Of a DNA stretch of 64,000 nt, positions 29,595-40,000 are shown piece after piece. How positions within the stretch are numbered: the stretch's first letter is position 1; every line of letters starts with the position of its first letter. The notes under the pieces were generated by a model, which was given only the letters and a program-made list of their open reading frames with translations, had not been told where the DNA came from and ran no database searches. A program made the position numbers and the translations under genes. Source of the stretch: a virus; IMG/VR virus record IMGVR_UViG_3300027861_002706, positions 32,001-96,000 of that record, one strand, 5' to 3'.

Positions 29595-32500
29595 CTACCC
29601 TTCTTCAAATTGATCGAGTATATCCGGGGCTTCTCCTTGAGAAGCGATAAAGTCAGCCCAGAGGTATCGCGCCTGCTCCATTATGTTATCTATGCCATGA
29701 GGATTGCTACTTGCGACATCGATTGCACGGAGCCCGGCAGAGAACACTGTATTATTATATCTTAAAAGTTTTATCTTGGCCGGGAGGTATACTGGTATAC
29801 TCCCATCAATACGGTGAGCGCCGGCAGAGAACACGTCTCCTTCATTTGCATCTATAACCGTTTGCTGAGATATAACTGGATTCAAGTACTCATCCATAAC
29901 ACTACTTCCACCTCGAAGCATCAATCGCCCATACACAACATTCAACCATATAGCTCTTGCTCCAGCGGTGATTCCTGCTCCAGCGATAGAGCCTATCGCA
30001 GCGTTTCTAGCAGATATCGCTGCGGTGTATGCCGCCGTCTCAGCAGCAGTAGCAGTAGCAGGAAGAGCCCCAGCGGCTATCAGCCTTATCTGCTCTCGTG
30101 TTAACATTGCCTCAGCTCTGGCTCCCAGGTGGCCAAAAAGGCCTGCGCCGAGGCCTTGGCTAGAGGAGGTGCCTCCACCAAATATAGCTCTACCTGCACT
30201 TATCAGTGGATCGCTAAGGCTATAAGGTGCATAGCCACTCTCTCCTGGCTGTAATGCCATTTTTTTAAGCGGTGCTCGAGCAACACCCTCTGCGAGGCGT
30301 CTGTTTGCTCTGTTTATACGTACATTTTGTCCGTATCTGTAGCCTCTTCTAAGAACGTTTCTGAATCCGGTTGTTGCCCAATTCCGCCAAACTGCTCGTT
30401 GTGCGACTCTTGCTCCAACAACGACTCCTGCTCCAGCGAGTCGAGCGCCGCTCGTAAGTATCGTTTTAAGTGTGAACCAGACACCTGATGTTATGCCACC
30501 GGTGAATATCGAGCCAAATAACGCTGCAACAGTTATTGTGTCCATTACGCCCATAAAGGTTTTACCGTTAGCAAAAGAATACATCCATCTCTCGGCCTGG
30601 CCTGCATTATACGTTCCCAAAAAGCTATTCACTCGGGTTAGACCTACTGGAACTACAGTAGTCGTCCATCCGCTAGTAGAACTGTAGTTTTGTATAACAC
30701 GTTCAGCCATTATTTCTCCATGGATATTATTGACATTATCTACAATCCTAACTGAGTCATAAGGTTTAATATTTCTACCAATCATGATTAAATTACCACG
30801 ATACATCTTTGATAAACCTTGTGCTAATCTGAAGTTATTAACTTGTAGAGCTAGATTAGGAGTAGTCGCATTTATCTCTGTAAAAGTTTCAAGGATATCT
30901 TCTGGACCAGCATATAATCCTGCATAATTCATGCCCACCGAATTTTTCCTGGGCCATATCCCAAACTCTTGGTCAGAATCTATCTGAAAAACCCCTGCTG
31001 ACTTATTGATTCCACCTTCTTCTATGCCATAGTTAGTTGGCCCCCAATCACCCCACCCCGCTGTTTCATTAACAGTATTAATGGGTACTCTCAAGGAAAC
31101 TGCACTCCACATATCGGACTGTGTCGCAACTACATTATTTGCTATTAGGTCATGATCAGAAGAGACTACATGGTGATCCCTAAATAGTTTATGAGTAAAC
31201 GGTAGCATCTCGCTAGTATCGTCTTTGCTATTCATTATATCTTGCAGGACATCATTGTCTCTTTCTTCGCCATCTAATCCGATAGGGTTGAGTAGCTTGG
31301 TTGCCAGCTGAAGAGCTTGTTTGTATTCCATCAATGTTTTTACTATATAATCAACTGCAAGACTGTTGCCTGCTGCGGGATTCCTTGCAAAAGAAGTAGA
31401 GAGCTCTTCTCTCTTCGACATAAGATTTTTAAAGATCGAGATTTTCCTATCGGTACGAGAAGTATCCATAAATGTTGATGTCAGGAAGGGAACAATAGCT
31501 ATTTGTTCCGTAGAGTTGACTTGCCAACTAGCATCGAGGTTTACCTCGACGGCAGCTCCTTCCTCTTTGCTCGTTGACTTAAATAATCCAAAGTCCGACT
31601 CGTTGCTAATCAACAATGGCCAAAAATCTAATCTCTGCCCCGCGTGGTGGACTGCATTTCCGCTAATCGTAGTACTATTAACTTCGAGAGTGTTATTCAA
31701 TAAAGCACTAAGGCTAATGCTAGTATATAGCGGATTAGGCTTAAATGAATTTCCTCCAAAATTATATAAGGAGTTCCAGTTGGTTGTATTAAGTACATTC
31801 TTGCTGTTTAATCTGATCTTAGCTATAGCCTTAGAAGCTGTAGCTAGTTTGGTAAAGTCTGCTTCAGTTAATTTGCTCGTGTCTAAATTAAGGAATATAG
31901 CGAGCAAATTAGCATGCACGTCATCAGAAAGGTAAGGTTCATCAGAGATGGGCCTGAAGAGTGTATTCACCACTAGGTCTTCTAATTCCTTAAAGCCTCC
32001 ATCTGCTTGGGAGAATGGGGCGGTCGGATGTACAGTAACTTCTGCTCCTGCGTTATAGCTAGCTCCGTATAGCTGGTATGCGTTTGTGTGAATATCAGAT
32101 TTTTCAACAGCGGCGATTTCACCAAGCTTAATTCTATTATATCTAGTTATTCTTTTACTTATCTTATCACTTATGTGATTAATCCGATGAGCAAGAATCC
32201 TATATTTTCCTAGTTTTCTAAAATCATTCGCTTGGGTTTTTAGAGAAGTTTGAGCATTGTAACGGGCGACATATTCGCTCTCTTCTTTTGTGGCCTCTCT
32301 GTACTGATATGGACCACAGGGATCACCAACGAATAGCGTGGCGTCTCCTTCGTAAGGAACAACGGTGGCTATAAAATTAGGCATATATCTTACAACTTCT
32401 CTTATCCCATCTATCGCCGGAGCATTGGTAATAAGCCACTCGTTTGCTACCTCGGTACTAGTTATTTCAGCATAATTTCCTACACAGTTATACACATTTC

Positions 32501-35500
32501 TAGATAAGTCAAACCCTTGCCAACCAAAATAGTTAGATTCCATAAATGCATCGCCCCAGCTAGCATTGTCTCCTTCGATCTCAGATATGAAACCTACAGT
32601 AGTTTCTGAACCGAGTATCCTTTGTATATTACTATTCTCTTGTTCGTATGAGAATATGACATTTTCAGCGCTACCAGGTCCACCAGGTCTATATGGATTC
32701 ACCCGAATTTTTTTGCCTAAGTGATATGGACCAGACACAGGGCTGTCTGTTGGATCATTGTCGATACCAAGCAATATGTAATTTATTATACTGATAAAAC
32801 CAACATGCTTATCGTAGCCTCCATACGCGAATTCTGGCCACCAATGTTTCATCATGTCCAAGAAGTCCTCTTCTATAAATCCTCCGAAATCAGTTTGTAG
32901 TTCAGACTGAAATCCCTGAGCAATAATTTCTACTATTTGTCCTGCTTTAACCTCTGCGATTGTTCCAGTAAATACTGTTTTTAGCGCGGCCAGATTATTC
33001 CCATATCCCATCTTGACTACTATATGAATACCTGGTCTAAGCATAAGCGTCTTAATAAATTTTTCGCCTGAGTCATCATCTACTAATTTAGGATCCGAAT
33101 TATTATAGAAAGAGGTGCTAGATAAAGTCCCACCAAAATTAGCTAGCTTCATTGTACATATATCATTATCATATATATGTGAAGAGATTGAGCACTCGAG
33201 TATCTCCTTATAGCCATGATAGTCGTCTTTTTGGTAATCCCGTTTTCGATCTTCTTCAACAAAGTACAGTCTTGCAGTAGGAAATGACTTCAACAAAGAT
33301 TCTGTTAAATCAGGCATATGGGATAATTGCTGCTCGCCCATCTTTGAATACTGATTTTCTCCATTAATGGGTACACTTATTCCGCTACCAGGTTGATAGT
33401 ATGTGGGAGTTTGAACATACTCCATTTTACTACCTTCATAGGCGTTCTTTTCTGGATTAAAGATTAGGCGGAGAGCCACTCGACCTGGATCGCTATTGTT
33501 ACCAGTCATAATAAACTCTATAACTGGATATTTATTTTTAACTGCTCCATAAAGCTGTTTTGCAAACTCAGCATGCGCTCTCTCATCAGTCCCTAGAATC
33601 AGCGATAATTCATTCACTACGTCCCCATTCTCGAGTATAACACTGGAACCCTCGGAGTTTAGTGATTCTTGATCAACTAGAGCCGCGCCAGCGGCCATTT
33701 CCGCTGGGTTTTTTATTGCGTTAAATAATTTCCCCAATGTCTCCTTACTGAAGGTATCTGTCTCCGGTCCATCACCAGTCTGTCCTGGCTCTTCATTGAT
33801 ATTTTTTAGTATCGTTAGTCCGTTTAGAGGGAGAGTTATAACTCCTGCGCCTGTTTTATGTCGTGGAGCAATCCCGTAGCCTTCATTTCGTGCTTCATAG
33901 TTTTGATAATCACTGATCATCAACATCTTATCTCTATTTCTATGATAAAAGATGTCGGGGTCTATATAGCTACTAGCTCGCGCAGATACGGTACTGGCTA
34001 TATCCTGTGTAGTCATCTTCATTAAATCAACAAATGGAATAGATGGGGTGATCCCATAGTCGCCACACTTTGGTGCGAATGCTTCCATTAAAGCATTAAA
34101 TATAACTTCAGCTTTTTCGGGACTTTCTGCTTTGCTTATCTCGGAAGAAAACAATTCGCTATAAGTAGGTAGATACATATCTGAATATAAGTCTATCTCT
34201 TTAGTATTAAACTGCTCAACTTCCTCTTCTATCATTTCGATGTCAGACATATTTATTTCTGCCTTATTGGCGATACCATATATCTTTGAGCCTGCTTCAT
34301 CTCTAAGGTAATTAAATTGCCATAGCCCTTTAAATTTTGCGACTAATTCTATCAATATGCTAAGAGAATTCTGCATGGACTCTCTGCTAGCGAATACGCG
34401 CCCTTGCTTTCCTAGAGTATATTTGTTATTTATTATACATTGAAAAATAGCATCCCATAGATCTTTGGGAATCATCTTGCCGCGCTTATGGAAAATATCT
34501 AATATACTATTTATATCATTAAGGTCTTCAGGAAGCTTTACTGACCAGAGGGTATCTCCGGTGTCCGGAAATTCTGTGTCGAGATTGTCAAAGAGTACCC
34601 CTTCTCTTACTCCATAATATGAATGCCCTTTAGGCCCCGACTCTATATCAACATCATGCCTCTCCATAGGATTTTTGACATGTGTGACTGGTGATTCCTG
34701 GTCTTTTCCCAGGGAGAGTATTCCCGCAAGCCAATTCACCTGGAAAACTCCTTGTTGGTGGCTTGGACCTGCTTTACTTCCACCCCCCCTCTTATACGCA
34801 TTGTCTATCTCAAACCATCGACGAAACTCTTCTGAGTTCCCCTCCTGCTCTCTGAGTGGATCTCCTGTCTCGATCTCTGTCCATTTCAATCCAAATACTG
34901 AAGCATAATTCGATTCTTTGTCAGCGCGCAATGCTCCATGGACTAACCTAAGCAGACTTTTATATACTTCCTTATGGGTACTAAGACCAGAGTCTATCAA
35001 TACTAATTCCTCTAGATCCCGATATATATCACCGGTAAGGAGTCGACCGGTTCTTTTCAGGGCGTACTGATAGATTATGCCCATAAAAATAGGCTGATAA
35101 TATGTATCAGCTGCATTCGCTGACTCTGGGGCTAACACTGTACTGAATTTACCTAGGTCATCTGTTAGACCTAAAACGCGCATTAAGCTATCTAGCCTGT
35201 CCATATCATTTGCAGTTACCTTATCCCTGATTGAACTCGAAGACTCGTCCCCATTCTCACCTGGTCCAGTGTTGCGCTCCCACCATACTTTGTATAGCTT
35301 ATAGAAATATTCCCAGACTGCTTCAAGAGGTTTGGTAGATACTGCCCCTTTCTCAAGGACTAGTTTCTCCGTATCATGGCTTTGTGTATTTTCCACTAAT
35401 GTGAGTATAAGCCGATACAGATCAGGAGAGTCTGGATCGGATTCTATTGTTACAGATTGCGGCGAGATTTTATTCACACCAAGAGAATTTATAAGCTGAT

Positions 35501-37037
35501 TTTCTATCCATCCGAAAGAGTTAAATACTGTTTGAGAAGCTTCAGCAGATACTAGCTTCGCTTTCATCGCCATGAAGTCAGCAATAATTTTTTTATTTCT
35601 GACTGCGAAGATAAGTTGGAACGAGTTTGAGTTTAAACCCATATACTGAATCATAGGAAATTTTGAGCCCATTAAAGGAATGTCAATTGATCTTGTATTA
35701 AATGTACCAGAGATCTTTTCTAGAACCAATGGACTACCTTCGTAGCCATTGGTGTATCTCGGGTTAGTAGTATCAAAGTCTATGATTCCACCGAATATAT
35801 CCCAATATGTTATTCTTAGATCATTGCTACCTATGGGAGTTATATTACCAGATTTACTTCGTTCTCCTGCTAAGGCTGCTATGGTTACATCTATCTCTTT
35901 TTTAATTCTATTGGACGCCTGGCTAACATATTCCATGCCCCAGTGACACTCGCTAGGATCGAGTGTAGGGCTGCCTTCTTTGTCCCGGTATAGAATAGTG
36001 CCAAAAGGGAACGCTGGAGAGCTCATTATCCCAAAACTAAATCGACCCAGTATGGCCCCTGGCATATCATGCATTGTCTGCATGCTTGCGCTTTTAAAAC
36101 AGACCGGGACAGGAAATTTAGGACCACCATTGTCTTGTCCGCCTGAATCTAGGTCTTTGAGAAGATTTGTATTATTCTCAGTCGACTTATTATCATTAAG
36201 TATATTCTTCATATGTTTTACTCCCTGAACAACTTCAGGGTGATTTTCAGTGAATAGGCCCAGGATATCATCGTAGGTATTATCGAGATCAAGAGCCTCG
36301 AGCATCCGATCAAATCTATTTTTCTCAGTATCGCCTTTACCTCCAATTACTTTTAATGCTGCTACGTCTCCGATCATATCGTATAAAGCAGGGTAGGCGT
36401 ACTGGGAGACAAAAGCCATGCATAAGGCAGAAGAATATATAGAGTTCATTGGCATAAACTTAAACATATTATATAGATTTATAAAGCTGGGATAATCTCT
36501 TTCTGTAGATGAGAACACCTCGAAATTGGGGAATATAATATCTATAGAGACCGTATGCTTTGACTTGCTATTTGCCATCATTCCCGATGACTTGGATCTT
36601 GCGACCGGCACAGGTGTATTTAATAAGTGCTCTTGTATATTGATAGAGCTTGGAATGATATAAGGAGAAGAAGACATCCCAGAAGACTCAATTATTTTAT
36701 AGAATCCTATTTGAGTAATATCTTCATTCTGGAAACGCAGGTCATCAAAAATTTGTCGCTTAGTGGCTAGTATGCCTTTAAGTATCTTCTGTCCTGTTTC
36801 TGGCAAAGGCGTGGGCGCGCTTGGATTCTCTAACTGCCAGTTAAAAAGTTTCGACTTGTATTTTGCTTTCTGATCCTCTGGTATCGTCTTACTGATATCT
36901 ATATCTTTTAGCGCGCCGAATAATATTTCATTATGCTTATCGAGATCTATAATACTTGTACTCATGAATTCGATTGGACTTCTACCGACCGATTCTAATA
37001 CTGTTTCGAGGGTTAGTATATCGCTAGTGGTAGGCAT
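29595..37037 (-). CDS. Giant baseplate hub protein (~2480 aa) with a gp27/gpD-like core, two N-terminal tube-fold-like modules and a hydrophobic/basic C-terminus
   Basis: PTARLYFVEED...ICTMKLAN...LRPGIHIVVKMGYGNN...VFTGTIAEV...IIAQG is gp27/gpD-like. Start placed at ATG 37037, just after the upstream stop, rather than 37103. Confidence 0.7.
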   Translation of the reverse strand: MPTTSDILTLETVLESVGRSPIEFMSTSIIDLDKHNEILFGALKDIDISKTIPEDQKAKYKSKLFNWQLENPSAPTPLPETGQKILKGILATKRQIFDDLRFQNEDITQIGFYKIIESSGMSSSPYIIPSSINIQEHLLNTPVPVARSKSSGMMANSKSKHTVSIDIIFPNFEVFSSTERDYPSFINLYNMFKFMPMNSIYSSALCMAFVSQYAYPALYDMIGDVAALKVIGGKGDTEKNRFDRMLEALDLDNTYDDILGLFTENHPEVVQGVKHMKNILNDNKSTENNTNLLKDLDSGGQDNGGPKFPVPVCFKSASMQTMHDMPGAILGRFSFGIMSSPAFPFGTILYRDKEGSPTLDPSECHWGMEYVSQASNRIKKEIDVTIAALAGERSKSGNITPIGSNDLRITYWDIFGGIIDFDTTNPRYTNGYEGSPLVLEKISGTFNTRSIDIPLMGSKFPMIQYMGLNSNSFQLIFAVRNKKIIADFMAMKAKLVSAEASQTVFNSFGWIENQLINSLGVNKISPQSVTIESDPDSPDLYRLILTLVENTQSHDTEKLVLEKGAVSTKPLEAVWEYFYKLYKVWWERNTGPGENGDESSSSIRDKVTANDMDRLDSLMRVLGLTDDLGKFSTVLAPESANAADTYYQPIFMGIIYQYALKRTGRLLTGDIYRDLEELVLIDSGLSTHKEVYKSLLRLVHGALRADKESNYASVFGLKWTEIETGDPLREQEGNSEEFRRWFEIDNAYKRGGGSKAGPSHQQGVFQVNWLAGILSLGKDQESPVTHVKNPMERHDVDIESGPKGHSYYGVREGVLFDNLDTEFPDTGDTLWSVKLPEDLNDINSILDIFHKRGKMIPKDLWDAIFQCIINNKYTLGKQGRVFASRESMQNSLSILIELVAKFKGLWQFNYLRDEAGSKIYGIANKAEINMSDIEMIEEEVEQFNTKEIDLYSDMYLPTYSELFSSEISKAESPEKAEVIFNALMEAFAPKCGDYGITPSIPFVDLMKMTTQDIASTVSARASSYIDPDIFYHRNRDKMLMISDYQNYEARNEGYGIAPRHKTGAGVITLPLNGLTILKNINEEPGQTGDGPETDTFSKETLGKLFNAIKNPAEMAAGAALVDQESLNSEGSSVILENGDVVNELSLILGTDERAHAEFAKQLYGAVKNKYPVIEFIMTGNNSDPGRVALRLIFNPEKNAYEGSKMEYVQTPTYYQPGSGISVPINGENQYSKMGEQQLSHMPDLTESLLKSFPTARLYFVEEDRKRDYQKDDYHGYKEILECSISSHIYDNDICTMKLANFGGTLSSTSFYNNSDPKLVDDDSGEKFIKTLMLRPGIHIVVKMGYGNNLAALKTVFTGTIAEVKAGQIVEIIAQGFQSELQTDFGGFIEEDFLDMMKHWWPEFAYGGYDKHVGFISIINYILLGIDNDPTDSPVSGPYHLGKKIRVNPYRPGGPGSAENVIFSYEQENSNIQRILGSETTVGFISEIEGDNASWGDAFMESNYFGWQGFDLSRNVYNCVGNYAEITSTEVANEWLITNAPAIDGIREVVRYMPNFIATVVPYEGDATLFVGDPCGPYQYREATKEESEYVARYNAQTSLKTQANDFRKLGKYRILAHRINHISDKISKRITRYNRIKLGEIAAVEKSDIHTNAYQLYGASYNAGAEVTVHPTAPFSQADGGFKELEDLVVNTLFRPISDEPYLSDDVHANLLAIFLNLDTSKLTEADFTKLATASKAIAKIRLNSKNVLNTTNWNSLYNFGGNSFKPNPLYTSISLSALLNNTLEVNSTTISGNAVHHAGQRLDFWPLLISNESDFGLFKSTSKEEGAAVEVNLDASWQVNSTEQIAIVPFLTSTFMDTSRTDRKISIFKNLMSKREELSTSFARNPAAGNSLAVDYIVKTLMEYKQALQLATKLLNPIGLDGEERDNDVLQDIMNSKDDTSEMLPFTHKLFRDHHVVSSDHDLIANNVVATQSDMWSAVSLRVPINTVNETAGWGDWGPTNYGIEEGGINKSAGVFQIDSDQEFGIWPRKNSVGMNYAGLYAGPEDILETFTEINATTPNLALQVNNFRLAQGLSKMYRGNLIMIGRNIKPYDSVRIVDNVNNIHGEIMAERVIQNYSSTSGWTTTVVPVGLTRVNSFLGTYNAGQAERWMYSFANGKTFMGVMDTITVAALFGSIFTGGITSGVWFTLKTILTSGARLAGAGVVVGARVAQRAVWRNWATTGFRNVLRRGYRYGQNVRINRANRRLAEGVARAPLKKMALQPGESGYAPYSLSDPLISAGRAIFGGGTSSSQGLGAGLFGHLGARAEAMLTREQIRLIAAGALPATATAAETAAYTAAISARNAAIGSIAGAGITAGARAIWLNVVYGRLMLRGGSSVMDEYLNPVISQQTVIDANEGDVFSAGAHRIDGSIPVYLPAKIKLLRYNNTVFSAGLRAIDVASSNPHGIDNIMEQARYLWADFIASQGEAPDILDQFEEG

Positions 37038-37038
37038 A

Positions 37039-40000
37039 TTAGAATACCGAGTCCATTCTATCTCTGAGGTCTGTGGCGATTTCGCTTCGAGCCATTGTAC
37101 CATTTAACTCAGATCTAAATGAACCCTGAATCTTTGGAACGTACCCATTATGAAGCGCATATTGGTTCGTCATGCCTCTAAAATCTGCTGGCGCATTCAT
37201 CTTACCCGATACATTGAGTCTGCTTCTTTTCCCTTCGGATCTAGTGATACGAGCTATTCTGGTATTAGGCATTGCATTCGGATTAAATGTCGGGTCATTT
37301 GGAGTTGACATCACTGGAACTGGAGGTAATGTTCCCGAAGAGTTATACATAGATACCGGTACATTGCCGGGTGAGAATCTATCTAACGTAGATCGGACCG
37401 CCTCTATCCCTGCGAGGCCTCCTATTACCGCAGCAGCAGGCTTAAAGAACTTTGTTCTACTTATATTCTGGAAGAATTCGCCGCTCAACATACCAGACCT
37501 AGACGCGTTCGAGCTGACGCTTGCTCCACCTACCCTAGCATTGTCTGGGCCGTAGTCGGCTATATTCACATTATTCTGCCGCATCCTAGTCATTGTTTCA
37601 TGAAACTCAGCAGATAGAACTTCGTTGAGGCCTGCGCCACTTGTATCCATCGCTGCTAATCCTTGGAAGTCGGCCATAGTCAATGAAGCAATACCAGACG
37701 CGCCAAAGACATTATCGTTAACTAGTCCGCCTATTACTGAACTAAGGTTTCTGACTACACCCTCGAATGGCATTCCTAGTCCGGTTCCCCTGGTCCCTAC
37801 TTGTAACTCTTGGGCCATCACTTCTATAAACATCATTCGTTTTGCAAGATTGTGTGCAAGTTGTCTCATCTGTTCGTCATTACCGGAGCCACTCAGCTTT
37901 TGTAATATACTTAATGTTTGTGGCTCCATTTCATGGAGCTTTCGGAACAAACCATCTGTCCCGGGTTCTATGATCTCTGCTGCCCTTAACAAGTTATTAG
38001 ATACTTGATCGATAAGATCCCCAGCTTTAGTCCCACTCCTGCCTTCTATCAGGTCATACATGAACCCCATGCTGCCGTGGTCCATATCAGATCTGGCCTG
38101 AGAGGAACCCGCCTTCAATGCGTTAAGGATAAGCTCTGCTGGTTCCTGCCCAGAAACACCGTGTGCAGCCTTTTTGAGGAACATATACTTTATCAAGTTC
38201 CGCGCATCTGTATAATGATATGTTGAAGCAGTACGAGTAGGCCCACCTGCCCCGGCCACGCTCTCTGTAAAGATGCCGCTAGCCTTACCTAAAAATTTAC
38301 CCAGGCGATCTATTCCCGCATCGTCTAACCTGGCTTCAAGGTTAGTCCTTAACAGACTTTGACCCTCACCGCTAGCCTGCAAGTCTATTAACTGTGTAAC
38401 CATATAGTCGACATAAGATCTAGCTCTGAAGTGCCCCTCGACAATAGGAGTAGAATGCCCATGGCCAGCTATTTTTATCAATGACTCGAAGGTATGCTGT
38501 CTTACAGTTGCCTCTGACGTCATATCTGCGGTCTGAGATATAAGCTTATTGACATCTCCATAATTAAAACTAGTCTGCCCAGCTAGGCCTAAGCTCCTCG
38601 CCATTTCATTATCTGGACTACCTTTAAGATTACTAAGTATGCCATCCATCATTTCTATTTGTCCTTGATGGATACCCCTCATAGTGGAATCGTCCATACT
38701 AGCTAGTCTAAATAGATTGATAGCATCTTTGTCAAGGTCGCCTTCAGCTGCAAACTCAATCAGCATATTATTAAGATATGCTGTATGCTTGAACTCAAAA
38801 TCATCGACTATATCTGCAGAAGCGAAAGCTGTATCCTTCAGCAATACAGTCTGAAGCGCAAACATTTGGCGTCCGCCTGCAGCAGGTTCTCTTACTCCAG
38901 TAGTATAGTGCTTCCCAGCCCATGCCTTTTCGACTAGCTTGTCTAGTGCACCATCATCCATTCCTGGCGTAAAGTGCATGGACCTGAATGCTTTTTCGGT
39001 CATACCAACCTGGAATTTGCCAAGACTGCTATGAGTCTGTAGCCGCATTCTTGCGCCAGATTGTATCCCTGCAGCACCTATCTCTGATGAATAGAATAAG
39101 CCTTGTTTGGCCATTGTATTAGCGGCCATTACTTGATAAAGCTTATCTAGTTTTTTTCCTATATCGGATGTTTCAGCAAGCCGGTTATCTGCTGAGCTAT
39201 CCCTGAGTGTCTCCACGCTTTCTAATATATCCAGATACATTGATTGAGCTTCTACCTTGGCGCTTTGTCCAGAGCCTAGCTTGGCAGCCGCATCATCGGC
39301 TAGCTTCTCAAATTGCCTCCCTCCTTGTGAGACTCTTACAAAGCCTTGCTCTTCAATGAATTGCATAGTTTTTGCGGAGGGGACAAGCATTGGCCCATGT
39401 TCACCTTGGATCAAGAATGCTTGATCTGAGATTTTGGCCACACCACCCTCACTGGAAACTAGTCCGAGCAGGCTTTTGCCAATATCTTCAAGGTTCACTT
39501 TACCAGAGGCACCACGTTTTCTCAGTTGATTGATACCATACTCGGATTCAATACCTCCAGCTGCAAGTTTTGGCCTAAATCGCTTAGGCCCTATCTCTCC
39601 ACTCCCGTAAGCCTCCCCCTCTCCTTTAAATTTAAGCCGAGATACATCTCCAGTTTTGAGATCTCCATCAGCGCCTATCTTTCTCAGAGCCTCAAATCCG
39701 AAGCTCGTCTCTTTGAAGTGCCTCATCTGCTGATAGATAAGACTCATCTCATGATCTTTGGCGAATATTGCTGGATTCGCTTCGCTCAGAGCGTTAAAGA
39801 TTAGTCCCTTTTTCTCACTAATCTGCTTCTGATGGAATCGCTGATTAGAATAAGGCTGGTTAGTGTCGGGATTTATATATTTTCCATCACGTTTTTTGAG
39901 AAGCTCGCCAGTTTTGGGATCTCTATCTGGATGCATTCTTTGCCCGTGAGCAAAGTCAACAGACTCTGCAAGCATCATTAGATCTCTTTGTTTTATACTG

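Noticed and set aside
37038-37103. N-terminal extensions given by the ORF track (37103, 53649, 54106, 62222)
   Set aside because: They overlap upstream genes. Downstream ATGs (37037, 53631, 54088, 62174) fit the stop/start coupling and/or SD pattern better.
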